Below are positions 8,478 to 16,394 of a DNA stretch of 64,000 nt, one piece after another. Position numbers and translations under genes: made by a program. This DNA is from an uncultured Acidimicrobiales bacterium (GTDB taxonomy: Bacteria > Actinomycetota > Acidimicrobiia > Acidimicrobiales > SHLQ01). The stretch is from assembly GCA_938038815.1 (NCBI GenBank), contig CALHTF010000059.1:15023-79022 (forward strand), given 5' to 3'. Position 1 is the stretch's first letter. Every line of letters begins with the position of its first letter. The notes below the pieces were generated by a model. That model saw only the letters and a list, made by a program, of their open reading frames with translations, did no database searches and was not told the DNA's origin.

Positions 8478-10664
8478 TTATCGCGACCGCTCGGCCAGGG
8501 CGAGATGCTGGAACAATTCGTGGGCGTTGCTGCCGGTGCCGCCGAGTTGGCGGGTCCAGTGCCCGTCAGAGTGCAGCCGCCAGGCCAGCTGCTCGTCGTC
8601 GAGCAAGATGTCGAGCATGACGTCGATCTTGGCTTGGAGCGCAGGACCCTTGATCGAGGTCAGCACCTCGACCCGGCGATCGAGGTTACGGGGCATCATG
8701 TCGGCCGAGCCAATGAAGTAGGCCGGACGAGCCGCCTTCATCTTGCCTCCGCCGTGAGCGAAATAGCTGACCCGAGAATGCTCAAGGAAACGGCCGACTA
8801 GCGAGCGCACCCGAATGTTCTGTGAGTAGCCGTCGAGTCCGGGGCGCAGACCGCAGATTCCTCGGACGATGAGATCAACCTGCACGCCGGCCTCGCTGGC
8901 CTTGTAGAGCTGGTCGATGATGTCGGGGTCGACCAAGCTGTTCATCTTCATCACGATCCGCCCCTCGGTTTCGAACTGCGCCTCGCGGTCGATCAGATCG
9001 GACAGGGCAGGGCGAAGTTGATCGGGGGCGACCAACAGCCGGTCGTAGGTGACTTGGCGGCCGTAACCAGTGAGCTGGTTGAACAGGTTGGCAAGGTCGT
9101 TGCCTACCTTTTGGTCGGCGGTCAATAAGCCAAGGTCTTCATACAACCGAGCGGTGCGATGGTTGTAGTTGCCGGTTCCGATATGGCAGTAACGGCGGAT
9201 CTGTCGCCCTTCGTCGCGCACGATCATGATGGTCTTGCTGTGGATCTTTAGCCCGATAAGGCCGTACGCGACGTGCACCCCGGCCTGCTCAAGACGTCGG
9301 GCCCAGCCAATGTTGGCTTTCTCGTCGAACCGAGCCTTGAGTTCGATCAGCACCGCAACCTGCTTGCCGCTTTCGGCGGCCCGAACCAGCGAGTCGATGA
9401 TCGGGCTATCGCCCGAGGTGCGGTACAGGGTCATCTTTATCGCCAGCACGTTCGAGTCGATCGACGACTGGTGGATGAGTTCGCCGACCGAATCGGTGAA
9501 CGACTCATAGGGGTGATGCACCAGCACGTCGCCGTTGCGAAGCCGGGAAAAGAGGTCGACCCGCTCGTCGTCGACCGGCCGGAATGCCGTCGGGGTAACC
9601 GGCGACCATTTCGGATACCGCAGGTCGCTTCGATCGACATCGGCGATCACGCCGAGGCCGGTCATATCGAGCAGGGCAGTCTCGACGTAGACGTCTTCGG
9701 TTTCGAGGTCGAGTTCTTCGAGCAGCAGGCCGAGAATGAGTCCGTCGGAGTCAGGCGAAACCTCAAGGCGAATCGCTCGACCGAAACGCCGGCGCCGCAG
9801 CTCCATCTCGACGGCGAACAAAAGGTCGTCGGCGACCTCCTCTTCGTAGGTGAGGTCGGCGTTGCGGGTGACCCGGAAGAACAACGAGTTCTCGATCGTC
9901 ATTCCGGTGAACAGATTGTGCAGGTGGTTCTCGATGAGGTCTTCGATCAGCACAAACCGTTTGGCGTCGCGGCCGGGCAGTTCGATCAGACGCGGGAAGG
10001 TCGTGGGGATCTTGAGCCGGGCGAAGAGTTGCCGGCCGGTGTCGGGGTCGCGCAGCGCAACGGCCAGGTTGAGCGAGAGGTCGCTGATGTAGGGAAACGG
10101 ATGACCTGGGTCGATGGCCAGCGGGGTCAGCACCGGGAAGATGCGGGTCTGGAAGAAGTCGGTGAGGTACTCGCGGTCGGGAGCGCCAAGGGTTTCGTAG
10201 CGGACGATCCCAATGCCGTTCTGGTGGAGCTCCGGGGTCACCAGGTCGGTGAAGATCCGCTGCTTGTCGGCGTTGAGACGGCGCACGTTTGCGGCGACCG
10301 CATCAACCTGCTCGGCTGCGGTTCGGCCGTCGGGGCCCCGCATCTCGAGTTCGCCGGCTACCTGGTCTTTGAGGCCGGCTACCCGCACCTGGAAGAACTC
10401 GTCGAGATTCGACGAATAGATCGACAGAAACCGCACCCGCTCGAGCAGCGGCACCGACGGGTCGCCTGCCAGGCTGAGAACCCGAGCGTTAAAGGCCAGC
10501 CAAGAGAGTTCGCGGTTGAGATACGGACTGATGTTGTCGTCGAACGCCGGAATCACCGCTTCGTCGTCGAACATCGACAGCATTCCTGTCGAGTCGTCGA
10601 CAAGGGGTTGGCGAGAGGCAAACACATCTTTCCAATCGGCCGAACCACCCATGACTTTCATCAA
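8478..10664 (-). CDS. ppk1: Polyphosphate kinase 1
   Basis: YLNRELSWLAFNARVL, SSNLDEFFQVRVAGL, HHPYESF, ELKARFDE, LKIHSK, GRFLEHSR, GSADMMPRNLDRRVE. Start uncertain. Confidence 0.97.
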   Translation of the reverse strand: MMKVMGGSADWKDVFASRQPLVDDSTGMLSMFDDEAVIPAFDDNISPYLNRELSWLAFNARVLSLAGDPSVPLLERVRFLSIYSSNLDEFFQVRVAGLKDQVAGELEMRGPDGRTAAEQVDAVAANVRRLNADKQRIFTDLVTPELHQNGIGIVRYETLGAPDREYLTDFFQTRIFPVLTPLAIDPGHPFPYISDLSLNLAVALRDPDTGRQLFARLKIPTTFPRLIELPGRDAKRFVLIEDLIENHLHNLFTGMTIENSLFFRVTRNADLTYEEEVADDLLFAVEMELRRRRFGRAIRLEVSPDSDGLILGLLLEELDLETEDVYVETALLDMTGLGVIADVDRSDLRYPKWSPVTPTAFRPVDDERVDLFSRLRNGDVLVHHPYESFTDSVGELIHQSSIDSNVLAIKMTLYRTSGDSPIIDSLVRAAESGKQVAVLIELKARFDEKANIGWARRLEQAGVHVAYGLIGLKIHSKTIMIVRDEGRQIRRYCHIGTGNYNHRTARLYEDLGLLTADQKVGNDLANLFNQLTGYGRQVTYDRLLVAPDQLRPALSDLIDREAQFETEGRIVMKMNSLVDPDIIDQLYKASEAGVQVDLIVRGICGLRPGLDGYSQNIRVRSLVGRFLEHSRVSYFAHGGGKMKAARPAYFIGSADMMPRNLDRRVEVLTSIKGPALQAKIDVMLDILLDDEQLAWRLHSDGHWTRQLGGTGSNAHELFQHLALAERSR

Positions 10665-10709
10665 ACTCCAAAAAGGGCCGCGATGTAGCGCGAACCGCCG
10701 GATTTCAGC

Positions 10710-11660
10710 TCAAAGTGAGTCGCTGGCCAGCAAAGCGGCGCCCAGGGCGGCTGCGTTGTCGCCAATCGAGCTGGCGACGATGTCGACCGGCGTCGGGCCA
10801 AAGCGGTGGTGTTCGACGCTCTGGGCGACCCGGGAGCGCCACGAACCGCCCAAGCGCGAGCCAAAGCCACCGCCGAGCACCACCTGGTCGATGTCGACCA
10901 TGGCGCGAACCATCGCTATGGCCTGGCCCAGGTAACGAGCAGCATCGTCGAGCAGTTCAAGCGCCAACGGATCGTTCGCCTCGACCGCCGCATGCCAGAT
11001 ACCCGAGGTCATCCGCTTTTGCCCGGCAATCTCGGTAAGGGCGCTAGATCGGCCCTCATCGGCGGCGTCGCGGGCCCGTTGCTCAAGACACCGGCGGCCC
11101 AGATAGGCCTCGAGGTGGCCTTGACCGCCACAGCTACAGACCGCCCCGCCGGGTTCGACCGTGAGATGACCCAGTTCGCCTGCCAGTCCATTCGGACCCT
11201 TGCGAAGCTGCCCATCGAGCACCAATCCGCCGCCGACCCCGGTGCCCACGAACACCCCGAGCACGTTGTCGACCCGGGGTTTGGGGCTGAGGCGATATTC
11301 GGCCCAGGTAGCCAGGTTGACATCGTTGCCAAGGCGCACCGCCCGACCGGTCGTGGCCGCTAGCAGTTCGCCGAAGGGTACCGGCGACGACCACCCGGCA
11401 AGGTTGGGCGCAGCGAGCACCGATCCATGGGCCACCACGCCAGGCACAACCACGCCGACCGACTCGTAGGCGCGGTCGGGGTCAAGCTTGTCGACCAGCG
11501 CGCCGACCCGTTCGGCTACCGCGGCCGGACCCCCCTTTGGGGTCTTCGCGTTAACGACGTGGGCGACCTCGCGCCCCGCAGCCCGAACGGCGAGAATCTT
11601 CGTCCCGCCGATATCGACTCCGAGGTTTATGCCTCGTCCTCGGGGTAACCCAGGTCCCAC
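10710..11660 (-). CDS. ROK family sugar kinase
   Basis: GVDIGGTK, LGNDVN, GTGVGGG, GELGH, CSCGGQGHLE. Start ambiguous: GTG 11660 or ATA 11630 (see findings). Confidence 0.92.
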   Translation of the reverse strand: MGPGLPRGRGINLGVDIGGTKILAVRAAGREVAHVVNAKTPKGGPAAVAERVGALVDKLDPDRAYESVGVVVPGVVAHGSVLAAPNLAGWSSPVPFGELLAATTGRAVRLGNDVNLATWAEYRLSPKPRVDNVLGVFVGTGVGGGLVLDGQLRKGPNGLAGELGHLTVEPGGAVCSCGGQGHLEAYLGRRCLEQRARDAADEGRSSALTEIAGQKRMTSGIWHAAVEANDPLALELLDDAARYLGQAIAMVRAMVDIDQVVLGGGFGSRLGGSWRSRVAQSVEHHRFGPTPVDIVASSIGDNAAALGAALLASDSL

Positions 11661-11896
11661 TCGATGACCAGGTTCTCGCGTTCAGCGTCGCGGTTAACCC
11701 GCTCGCGGTTACGACGGAACTGTGGGTCGTGGGGTGGCAACAACAACAGACGAGCCGAGAGCCGGTCGCGAAATGATTGGATCATGGCGGCGTCGCCAAA
11801 ATCGGACCGGACTTCCCAATGGGGGGCGGTCGGGCCGAGGTAGATGATCTTGACGCTGCCGACGGGGGCTTGGCGTTCGACGTCGACGTCGCTCAT
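11627..11896 (-). CDS. Hypothetical protein (89 aa)
   Basis: AGGAG RBS upstream; co-oriented between whiB and the ROK gene; globular composition. Confidence 0.75.
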   Translation of the reverse strand: MSDVDVERQAPVGSVKIIYLGPTAPHWEVRSDFGDAAMIQSFRDRLSARLLLLPPHDPQFRRNRERVNRDAERENLVIEWDLGYPEDEA

Positions 11897-11930
11897 TGCG
11901 CGCTCCTAGAAACGTTGTGAAGAGCCAAGC

Positions 11931-12236
11931 TTAGTGCGCTACGGCCGATTCGCCTTCCTCGGCGAGGTCGATCTCGGCCTGGCGGGCGGCCTGCTTCTGC
12001 GCCTTGGCGGCCGCCGCGTTGCGCTTGCGGACCATACGGCGACGAGAGCGCTCCGATTCGGCGCCCCAGACGCCGTGGTCGATCTTGTTGGTAAGGGCGT
12101 ACTCGAGGCAGTGGTCCATCATCGGGCAGGACCGGCAGATGCGTTGGGCCTTGATTACGCCCACACCGTCGCTTGGGAAAAAGACGGCGGGGTCTTCGTG
12201 GGCGCACTTACCGAGCGCCATCCAGTTGGTGTCCAT
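11931..12236 (-). CDS. WhiB-family Fe-S transcriptional regulator
   Basis: Four Cys (C..CRSC.....C), DPAVFFP, HGVWGAESERSRR. GGGAG RBS. Confidence 0.92.
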   Translation of the reverse strand: MDTNWMALGKCAHEDPAVFFPSDGVGVIKAQRICRSCPMMDHCLEYALTNKIDHGVWGAESERSRRRMVRKRNAAAAKAQKQAARQAEIDLAEEGESAVAH

Positions 12237-12455
12237 ATTTTCGGAACTCCCTCTACGAGCTAGTACCTATGACGTTCATAAGTGCCAGAAAGTTCCCGTA
12301 AAGCCAATATTTTCGAGAATAGATCTCGGTGGTAGACCACGTCGCTCTATTACGGCCAATACAACCTGATTGGCACATGGGTTTATTGCAGTAGCAAGGT
12401 TCGTAAGACGTCCGTAACGAAGCGAGTACCGCTGGAATTACAGCGATCTCGGCAG

Positions 12456-12464
12456 TTATCCACA
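12456..12464 (+). promoter_or_regulatory. Perfect DnaA box TTATCCACA
   Basis: Exact 9-mer in the AT-rich intergenic region upstream of the whiB gene. Confidence 0.45.
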
Positions 12465-12484
12465 GCCAGAAACTTTTTGGTGGA

Positions 12485-13357
12485 CTACAGCCCTACACCG
12501 TCGAGCAGCGATTTGCAGGTCTTTTGCACCTGGTTGAACAGCCCGCCGTCCGGCTCGGGCAAGTTCTGCGCCAACTCTTCCATCGCGGCGCCCGACGAGA
12601 GCGAACCAACGATCGTGTAGGTCACGCCGTCGCGGTCGACCACCAAGATGTCGGCCTCGCCGTCTTGGAGGTGCCAAGCGTCGTCGCCGTCCATCTTCAT
12701 CGTCTCGGATTCGGGCATGTCGTTCGACTCGACGTAGCCCGACTGGCGAAATACCGAGATGACCTCTTTGCCGTCGGTGTAGATCATCTGCAGCACGTCG
12801 TCGTCGTTCTCGTACGCACTCATCATCTGCATCGAGCTCCCGCTCGGGCCCATCTTGGTGGCCTCGTTGAGATCCATCAGGTGGTAGCCGTCGGTTTCCA
12901 TGTCTTGCATCTCGTCGTCTTCCATTTCCGGCATGGCCGCGGCGGCCTCGGCGTGACGACTCGCAAATTCGTCGAGGGCCGGAACCCGTTCGATGGCGGC
13001 GATTCCCGACCCAAAGCCCAGGACCAGCAAGAACACCGCAGCCACGGCGATTCCCGAGGTGAGCTTTGACCGCAACGAGCGTCGAGACTCGCGCTGAGCC
13101 GATAACGACGCCACGTTTGCGGGCAACTCCGCTGTTGGGTCGGCGGTGCCCTTTTCAAGCATGGCTTCAAAGAAGCCGGCCGGTGGCTCGACCATCGGAA
13201 GGTCGCGCACTTCAGCTCGTACGGCGGTAAGCGCAGCGAGTTCGTCGGCCAGCTCGGGCGAGTCGGCGAGAGCCGTCTCGACCTGGGCTTTTTCAGCGTC
13301 GGCGAGCTCGCCGTCGAGGTAGGCGTTGAGTAGTTCGGAAGTTTCGTTGTGGTCCAT
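12485..13357 (-). CDS. Membrane anti-sigma factor (RseA-like; ZAS fold without zinc ligands)
   Basis: ELLNAYLDGEL, one TM helix, extracytoplasmic domain. Start overlaps the sigma factor stop. Confidence 0.88.
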   Translation of the reverse strand: MDHNETSELLNAYLDGELADAEKAQVETALADSPELADELAALTAVRAEVRDLPMVEPPAGFFEAMLEKGTADPTAELPANVASLSAQRESRRSLRSKLTSGIAVAAVFLLVLGFGSGIAAIERVPALDEFASRHAEAAAAMPEMEDDEMQDMETDGYHLMDLNEATKMGPSGSSMQMMSAYENDDDVLQMIYTDGKEVISVFRQSGYVESNDMPESETMKMDGDDAWHLQDGEADILVVDRDGVTYTIVGSLSSGAAMEELAQNLPEPDGGLFNQVQKTCKSLLDGVGL

Positions 13358-13884
13358 TAGTCGAAGTCCTCGACAAGCAGCGGCCGAAGGCGGGACCGGC
13401 CGCGATGGATGCGGCTGCGGACGGTTCCGACCGGCACACCGGTCTGTTCAGAAATCTCGTCGTAGGTCAGACCTACGACATCGCACATCACCACCGCAGC
13501 GCGGTAGTCGTCGGGCAGGGTCATCAGTGCTTCTTGCACGTGAGCGGGAAGTTGTTGTTCGGCGAGCGCATCGTCGGCGCCAGGTGCGCCGGCGAGTACG
13601 CGATCGGGTTCGTCGGGCAGCGCCTCTTCTGGGCGGCGCTTCTTCTTGCGAACGTTGTCCAAGAAGACGTTGGTGGTGATGCGGCTCAACCATCCGTTGA
13701 GGTTGCCGGGCTGATAATTCACCAACCCCCGCTCTACTCGCAGTAGCACTTCTTGAACCAGATCCTGTGTGTCGTCGTGATTGCCGGTGAGCCGGTACGC
13801 CACGGTGTAAAGAAATCGACCGTGGTCACGGGCGATGTCTTCCCAGGTGGGTACCTGTTCATCGTTGGAATTCTCAGGAGTCAT
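13357..13884 (-). CDS. sigE: ECF sigma factor, SigE-like
   Basis: PTWEDI...AYRLTGN..DLVQE, YQPG..GWLSRITTNVFLD, GTVRSRIHRGR match mycobacterial SigE-type motifs. Confidence 0.85.
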   Translation of the reverse strand: MTPENSNDEQVPTWEDIARDHGRFLYTVAYRLTGNHDDTQDLVQEVLLRVERGLVNYQPGNLNGWLSRITTNVFLDNVRKKKRRPEEALPDEPDRVLAGAPGADDALAEQQLPAHVQEALMTLPDDYRAAVVMCDVVGLTYDEISEQTGVPVGTVRSRIHRGRSRLRPLLVEDFD

Positions 13885-13982
13885 AGTTCTGTTCGACCGA
13901 CGCTAATCGGTACACCTTTGCAGGTGCGTAGTGGTCAGCGTTTGATCGTCGAGAGCCACAATTCCATAAGAGTTACCTACAG

Positions 13983-14008
13983 AACGGCGCGACAGTTGGG
14001 TTGGTTCC
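13983..14008 (-). promoter_or_regulatory. SigE-type promoter GGAAC-N17-CGTT
   Basis: Minus strand GGAAC CAACCCAACTGTCGCGC CGTT, about 100 nt upstream of sigE. Confidence 0.65.
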
Positions 14009-14041
14009 CAGAAACTGAAAGAAAACTCTGAACCGGCGAAG

Positions 14042-14209
14042 TTACGCGGTCTTGTCGTCGTCTTCGTCGATTCCGGTCTCGATGCCGTCTTTAAACTCTT
14101 TTTGAGCTTGACCAAGCGATCGGGCGAGCTTCGGCAGTTGGCTTCCGCCAAAGACGAGCAACAGAACCACAAGAATGATGATGAGTTCGGGCGTACCAAG
14201 AGATCCCAT
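14042..14209 (-). CDS. tatA: Twin-arginine translocase subunit TatA (55 aa)
   Basis: Manual translation MGSLGTPELIIILVVLLLVFGGSQLPKLARSLGQAQKEFKDG...; below the ORF-track length cutoff. Confidence 0.93.
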   Translation of the reverse strand: MGSLGTPELIIILVVLLLVFGGSQLPKLARSLGQAQKEFKDGIETGIDEDDDKTA

Positions 14210-14266
14210 GAGCTACAGGGTAGCGCTTGGTCTAGGGGTACCGCGATTCAGGGGAAATTTCGTCGA

Positions 14267-14563
14267 TTAGTTGGTTTGGGAGAGCACGACAGGCTCTGCC
14301 GACGCTGCGGCGGCGCGGGCCAGGGCCCGTTGGCGACGGATCCGACGACGCTCGCGTTCGCTCATTCCGCCCCAAATACCGAACTTTTCGCCGTTTTGGA
14401 GGGCGAATTCCAGGCAATCTTCACGCACGACACAACCGCGGCAGACCTCTTTTGCCTCGCGGGTGGATGCACCGCGCTCGGGGAAGAACAGGTCAGGGTC
14501 AACGCCTAGGCAGTTTGAGAACTCTTGCCAGGTTGTATCGAGATCGGGTTTGGCGAGACGCAT
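14267..14563 (-). CDS. whiB: WhiB/WhiB2-type regulator
   Basis: CLGVDPDLFFPERGASTREAKEVCRGCVVREDCLEFAL..GEKFGIWGGMSERERR. ATG 14563 chosen. Confidence 0.93.
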   Translation of the reverse strand: MRLAKPDLDTTWQEFSNCLGVDPDLFFPERGASTREAKEVCRGCVVREDCLEFALQNGEKFGIWGGMSERERRRIRRQRALARAAAASAEPVVLSQTN

Positions 14564-14656
14564 TCTGCGTGTACTCCGGGATTGCGGGGGTTGGGTGGGG
14601 CAGTTTCGCTGTATTTCCGCGCCGCGCGGGTGAGCGGCAAGAAAACCCAGCGGCGT

Positions 14657-14687
14657 AATTACACCACTGTAATTGCCCGCTTGTCCA
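14657..14687 (-). promoter_or_regulatory. Putative whiB promoter with overlapping palindrome AATTACA-N4-TGTAATT
   Basis: Minus strand TGGACA (-35-like) followed by a TGTAAT/TAATTA -10 region. Perfect 7-bp inverted repeat at 14657-14674. Confidence 0.55.
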
Positions 14688-14790
14688 GCCCGGAACAGCA
14701 TTCGACAGCATCGACACCCCCCAAGCCATCAACCAGCCCTTTCGCGCGCACCGCGCGAATCCCCCACATTCCGCGCGAAAACGCGCACCA

Positions 14791-14907
14791 CGACTCAGAG
14801 TCACGGGACAACGCACCACGACTCAGAGTCACGGGACAACGCACCACGACTCTGAGTCAGGGGACAGAGTCAGGGGACAACGCGCCGTGACTCAGAGTCA
14901 GGGTTTT
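14791..14907. repeat. Second 28-bp-period nested-palindrome array
   Basis: GACTC-W-GAGTCA cores at 14792, 14820, 14848 and 14889 (last offset by a 13-bp duplication). Ends GAGTCAGGGTTTT, like the 5240 array. Confidence 0.9.
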
Positions 14908-14988
14908 GTAGGAGAGGCCGCAGTGGTGTCGCCGCGCAGCAAGACCGAGGTGGGGGCTCGGGCCGATGCCGAAGGCGTGCAGGCGCAG

Positions 14989-15048
14989 CCGGAACAAGGC
15001 AATCCGGAACAAGGCAATCCGGAACAAGGCAATCCGGAACAACGCAAT
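14989..15048 (+). repeat. 15-bp tandem repeat CCGGAACAAGGCAAT x4
   Basis: Three exact copies plus one with a single mismatch, ending 11 nt before the hisD-like ATG. Confidence 0.92.
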
Positions 15049-15059
15049 ACAGTAGGGAG

Positions 15060-16382
15060 ATGTTCAAGCACCTTGACTGGTCGACGATGTCGGAGGCTGA
15101 TCGCACCTGGCTTTTTCAACGGGGTAGCGCTCATGACGTGGCGTCTGACTTGGCGGCGTCGATCGCCGACCTGGTGGCCGACGTTGCCGAGCGAGGCGAC
15201 CAAGCGGTCTGCGATGCATTGGCCAACTTCGATGGGGTGACCATTTCGCCCGACGGCCTGCTGGTCACCGCCGACGAGTTCGCTGCGGCGAACGAGGCGG
15301 TGCCGGCCGAACTCCACGACGCCATCGCCACCATGATCGCCAACATCCGCGGCTTTAACGAAGCATTGAAGGCTCGCCGCACCAGCTGGACGACCGAACT
15401 CTCGCCCGGGCACGTGGTCGGCGAACAGATCGGGCCGGTCACCTCGGCGGCCCTGTTTTGCCCAAGCGGCAAGGCCAGTTATCCGTCGGTACTCGCCCAG
15501 GTGGCCACGCCTGCGGTCGTCGCCGGCGTGGAAGACCTCATCGTTCTGGTGCCCCCGGTGCCGCGCGGTTCGGGCGAAATCGACCCAGCAGTTCTCGTAG
15601 TTGCCCAACAGCTCGGCCTCGACCGGGTATTCCGAGTGAACGGGCCCGCCGGAGTCGCGGCGGCCACCTTTGGCACCGAACACATCCCTAAGGTCGGGCA
15701 CATCATCGGCCCGGGTAGCCCGCCAGTCGCCTTGGCCCAGCTCGAAGCCCGCAAGCACGGGGTGACCACCGTGGTGCTCGGCCCTTCGGAAAGCCTGATC
15801 GTGGCCGATAGCTCAGCCGACCCCGAACTGTTGGCGGCCGACCTGTTGAACGAAGCCGAGCACGGCACCGACTCGACGGTGTTGTTGGTAAGCCCCGACG
15901 CAGACATCATCGCGGCCACCGACGCCGAACTCGACAAACAACACCTGGCCTTACCCGACGACCGGCGCGAGGCCACGATCGCCGCTTTGGGAGCAAACGG
16001 TGGAGCGATCAAGGTCACCTCGCTCGACGAAGCATTCGAGGTCGCCAACTGGTTCGCCCCCGAACACCTCCAACTCGCCGTCGCCGACGCACCAGCGGCC
16101 GCCGAACGCATCACCCACGCCGGCGAAGTTCTGGTCGGCCAGACCACGCCGATCTCGGCCGGCAACTTCGTAATCGGCGCCCCCGCAGCGCTACCCACCG
16201 GCGGATACGCCAAAGCCGCGTCAGGGGTAACGGTGGAGGCGTTTCAGAAAGCGACTTCGATCGGCCAACTGAGCGACGACGCTTTGGCTCGGGTTGCGCG
16301 CGACACGGTGGTGCTCGCCGAGCACGAGGGTTTCCCCGCCCATGCCCGCGCTATCACATTGCGCGACGAACGACGAGGGTAA
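15060..16382 (+). CDS. hisD: Histidinol dehydrogenase family protein (divergent)
   Basis: RGDQAV, PSGKASYPSV, IIGPG, GPSE, EAEH, APEHL, LPTGG, AEHEGFPAHARA. Several active-site substitutions. Confidence 0.75.
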   Translation: MFKHLDWSTMSEADRTWLFQRGSAHDVASDLAASIADLVADVAERGDQAVCDALANFDGVTISPDGLLVTADEFAAANEAVPAELHDAIATMIANIRGFNEALKARRTSWTTELSPGHVVGEQIGPVTSAALFCPSGKASYPSVLAQVATPAVVAGVEDLIVLVPPVPRGSGEIDPAVLVVAQQLGLDRVFRVNGPAGVAAATFGTEHIPKVGHIIGPGSPPVALAQLEARKHGVTTVVLGPSESLIVADSSADPELLAADLLNEAEHGTDSTVLLVSPDADIIAATDAELDKQHLALPDDRREATIAALGANGGAIKVTSLDEAFEVANWFAPEHLQLAVADAPAAAERITHAGEVLVGQTTPISAGNFVIGAPAALPTGGYAKAASGVTVEAFQKATSIGQLSDDALARVARDTVVLAEHEGFPAHARAITLRDERRG

Positions 16383-16394
16383 ACATCACTACCT

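Noticed and set aside
9273-10688. Long antisense ORFs (also 186-746, 27232-28515, 32931-34241 and others)
   Set aside because: Shadow frames of high-GC genes, with no recognisable motifs
12237-12484. Replication origin
   Set aside because: Only one perfect DnaA box, and no dnaA/dnaN context
5240-14907. 28-bp arrays as CRISPR mini-arrays
   Set aside because: Variable parts are only about 8 nt, are repeated or palindromic rather than unique spacers, and no cas genes are present
14857-15240. ORFs with repeats (FRIAL)n, (VPDCL)n, (PEQGN)n
   Set aside because: Translations of the 15-bp tandem repeat in different frames; no RBS or homology support
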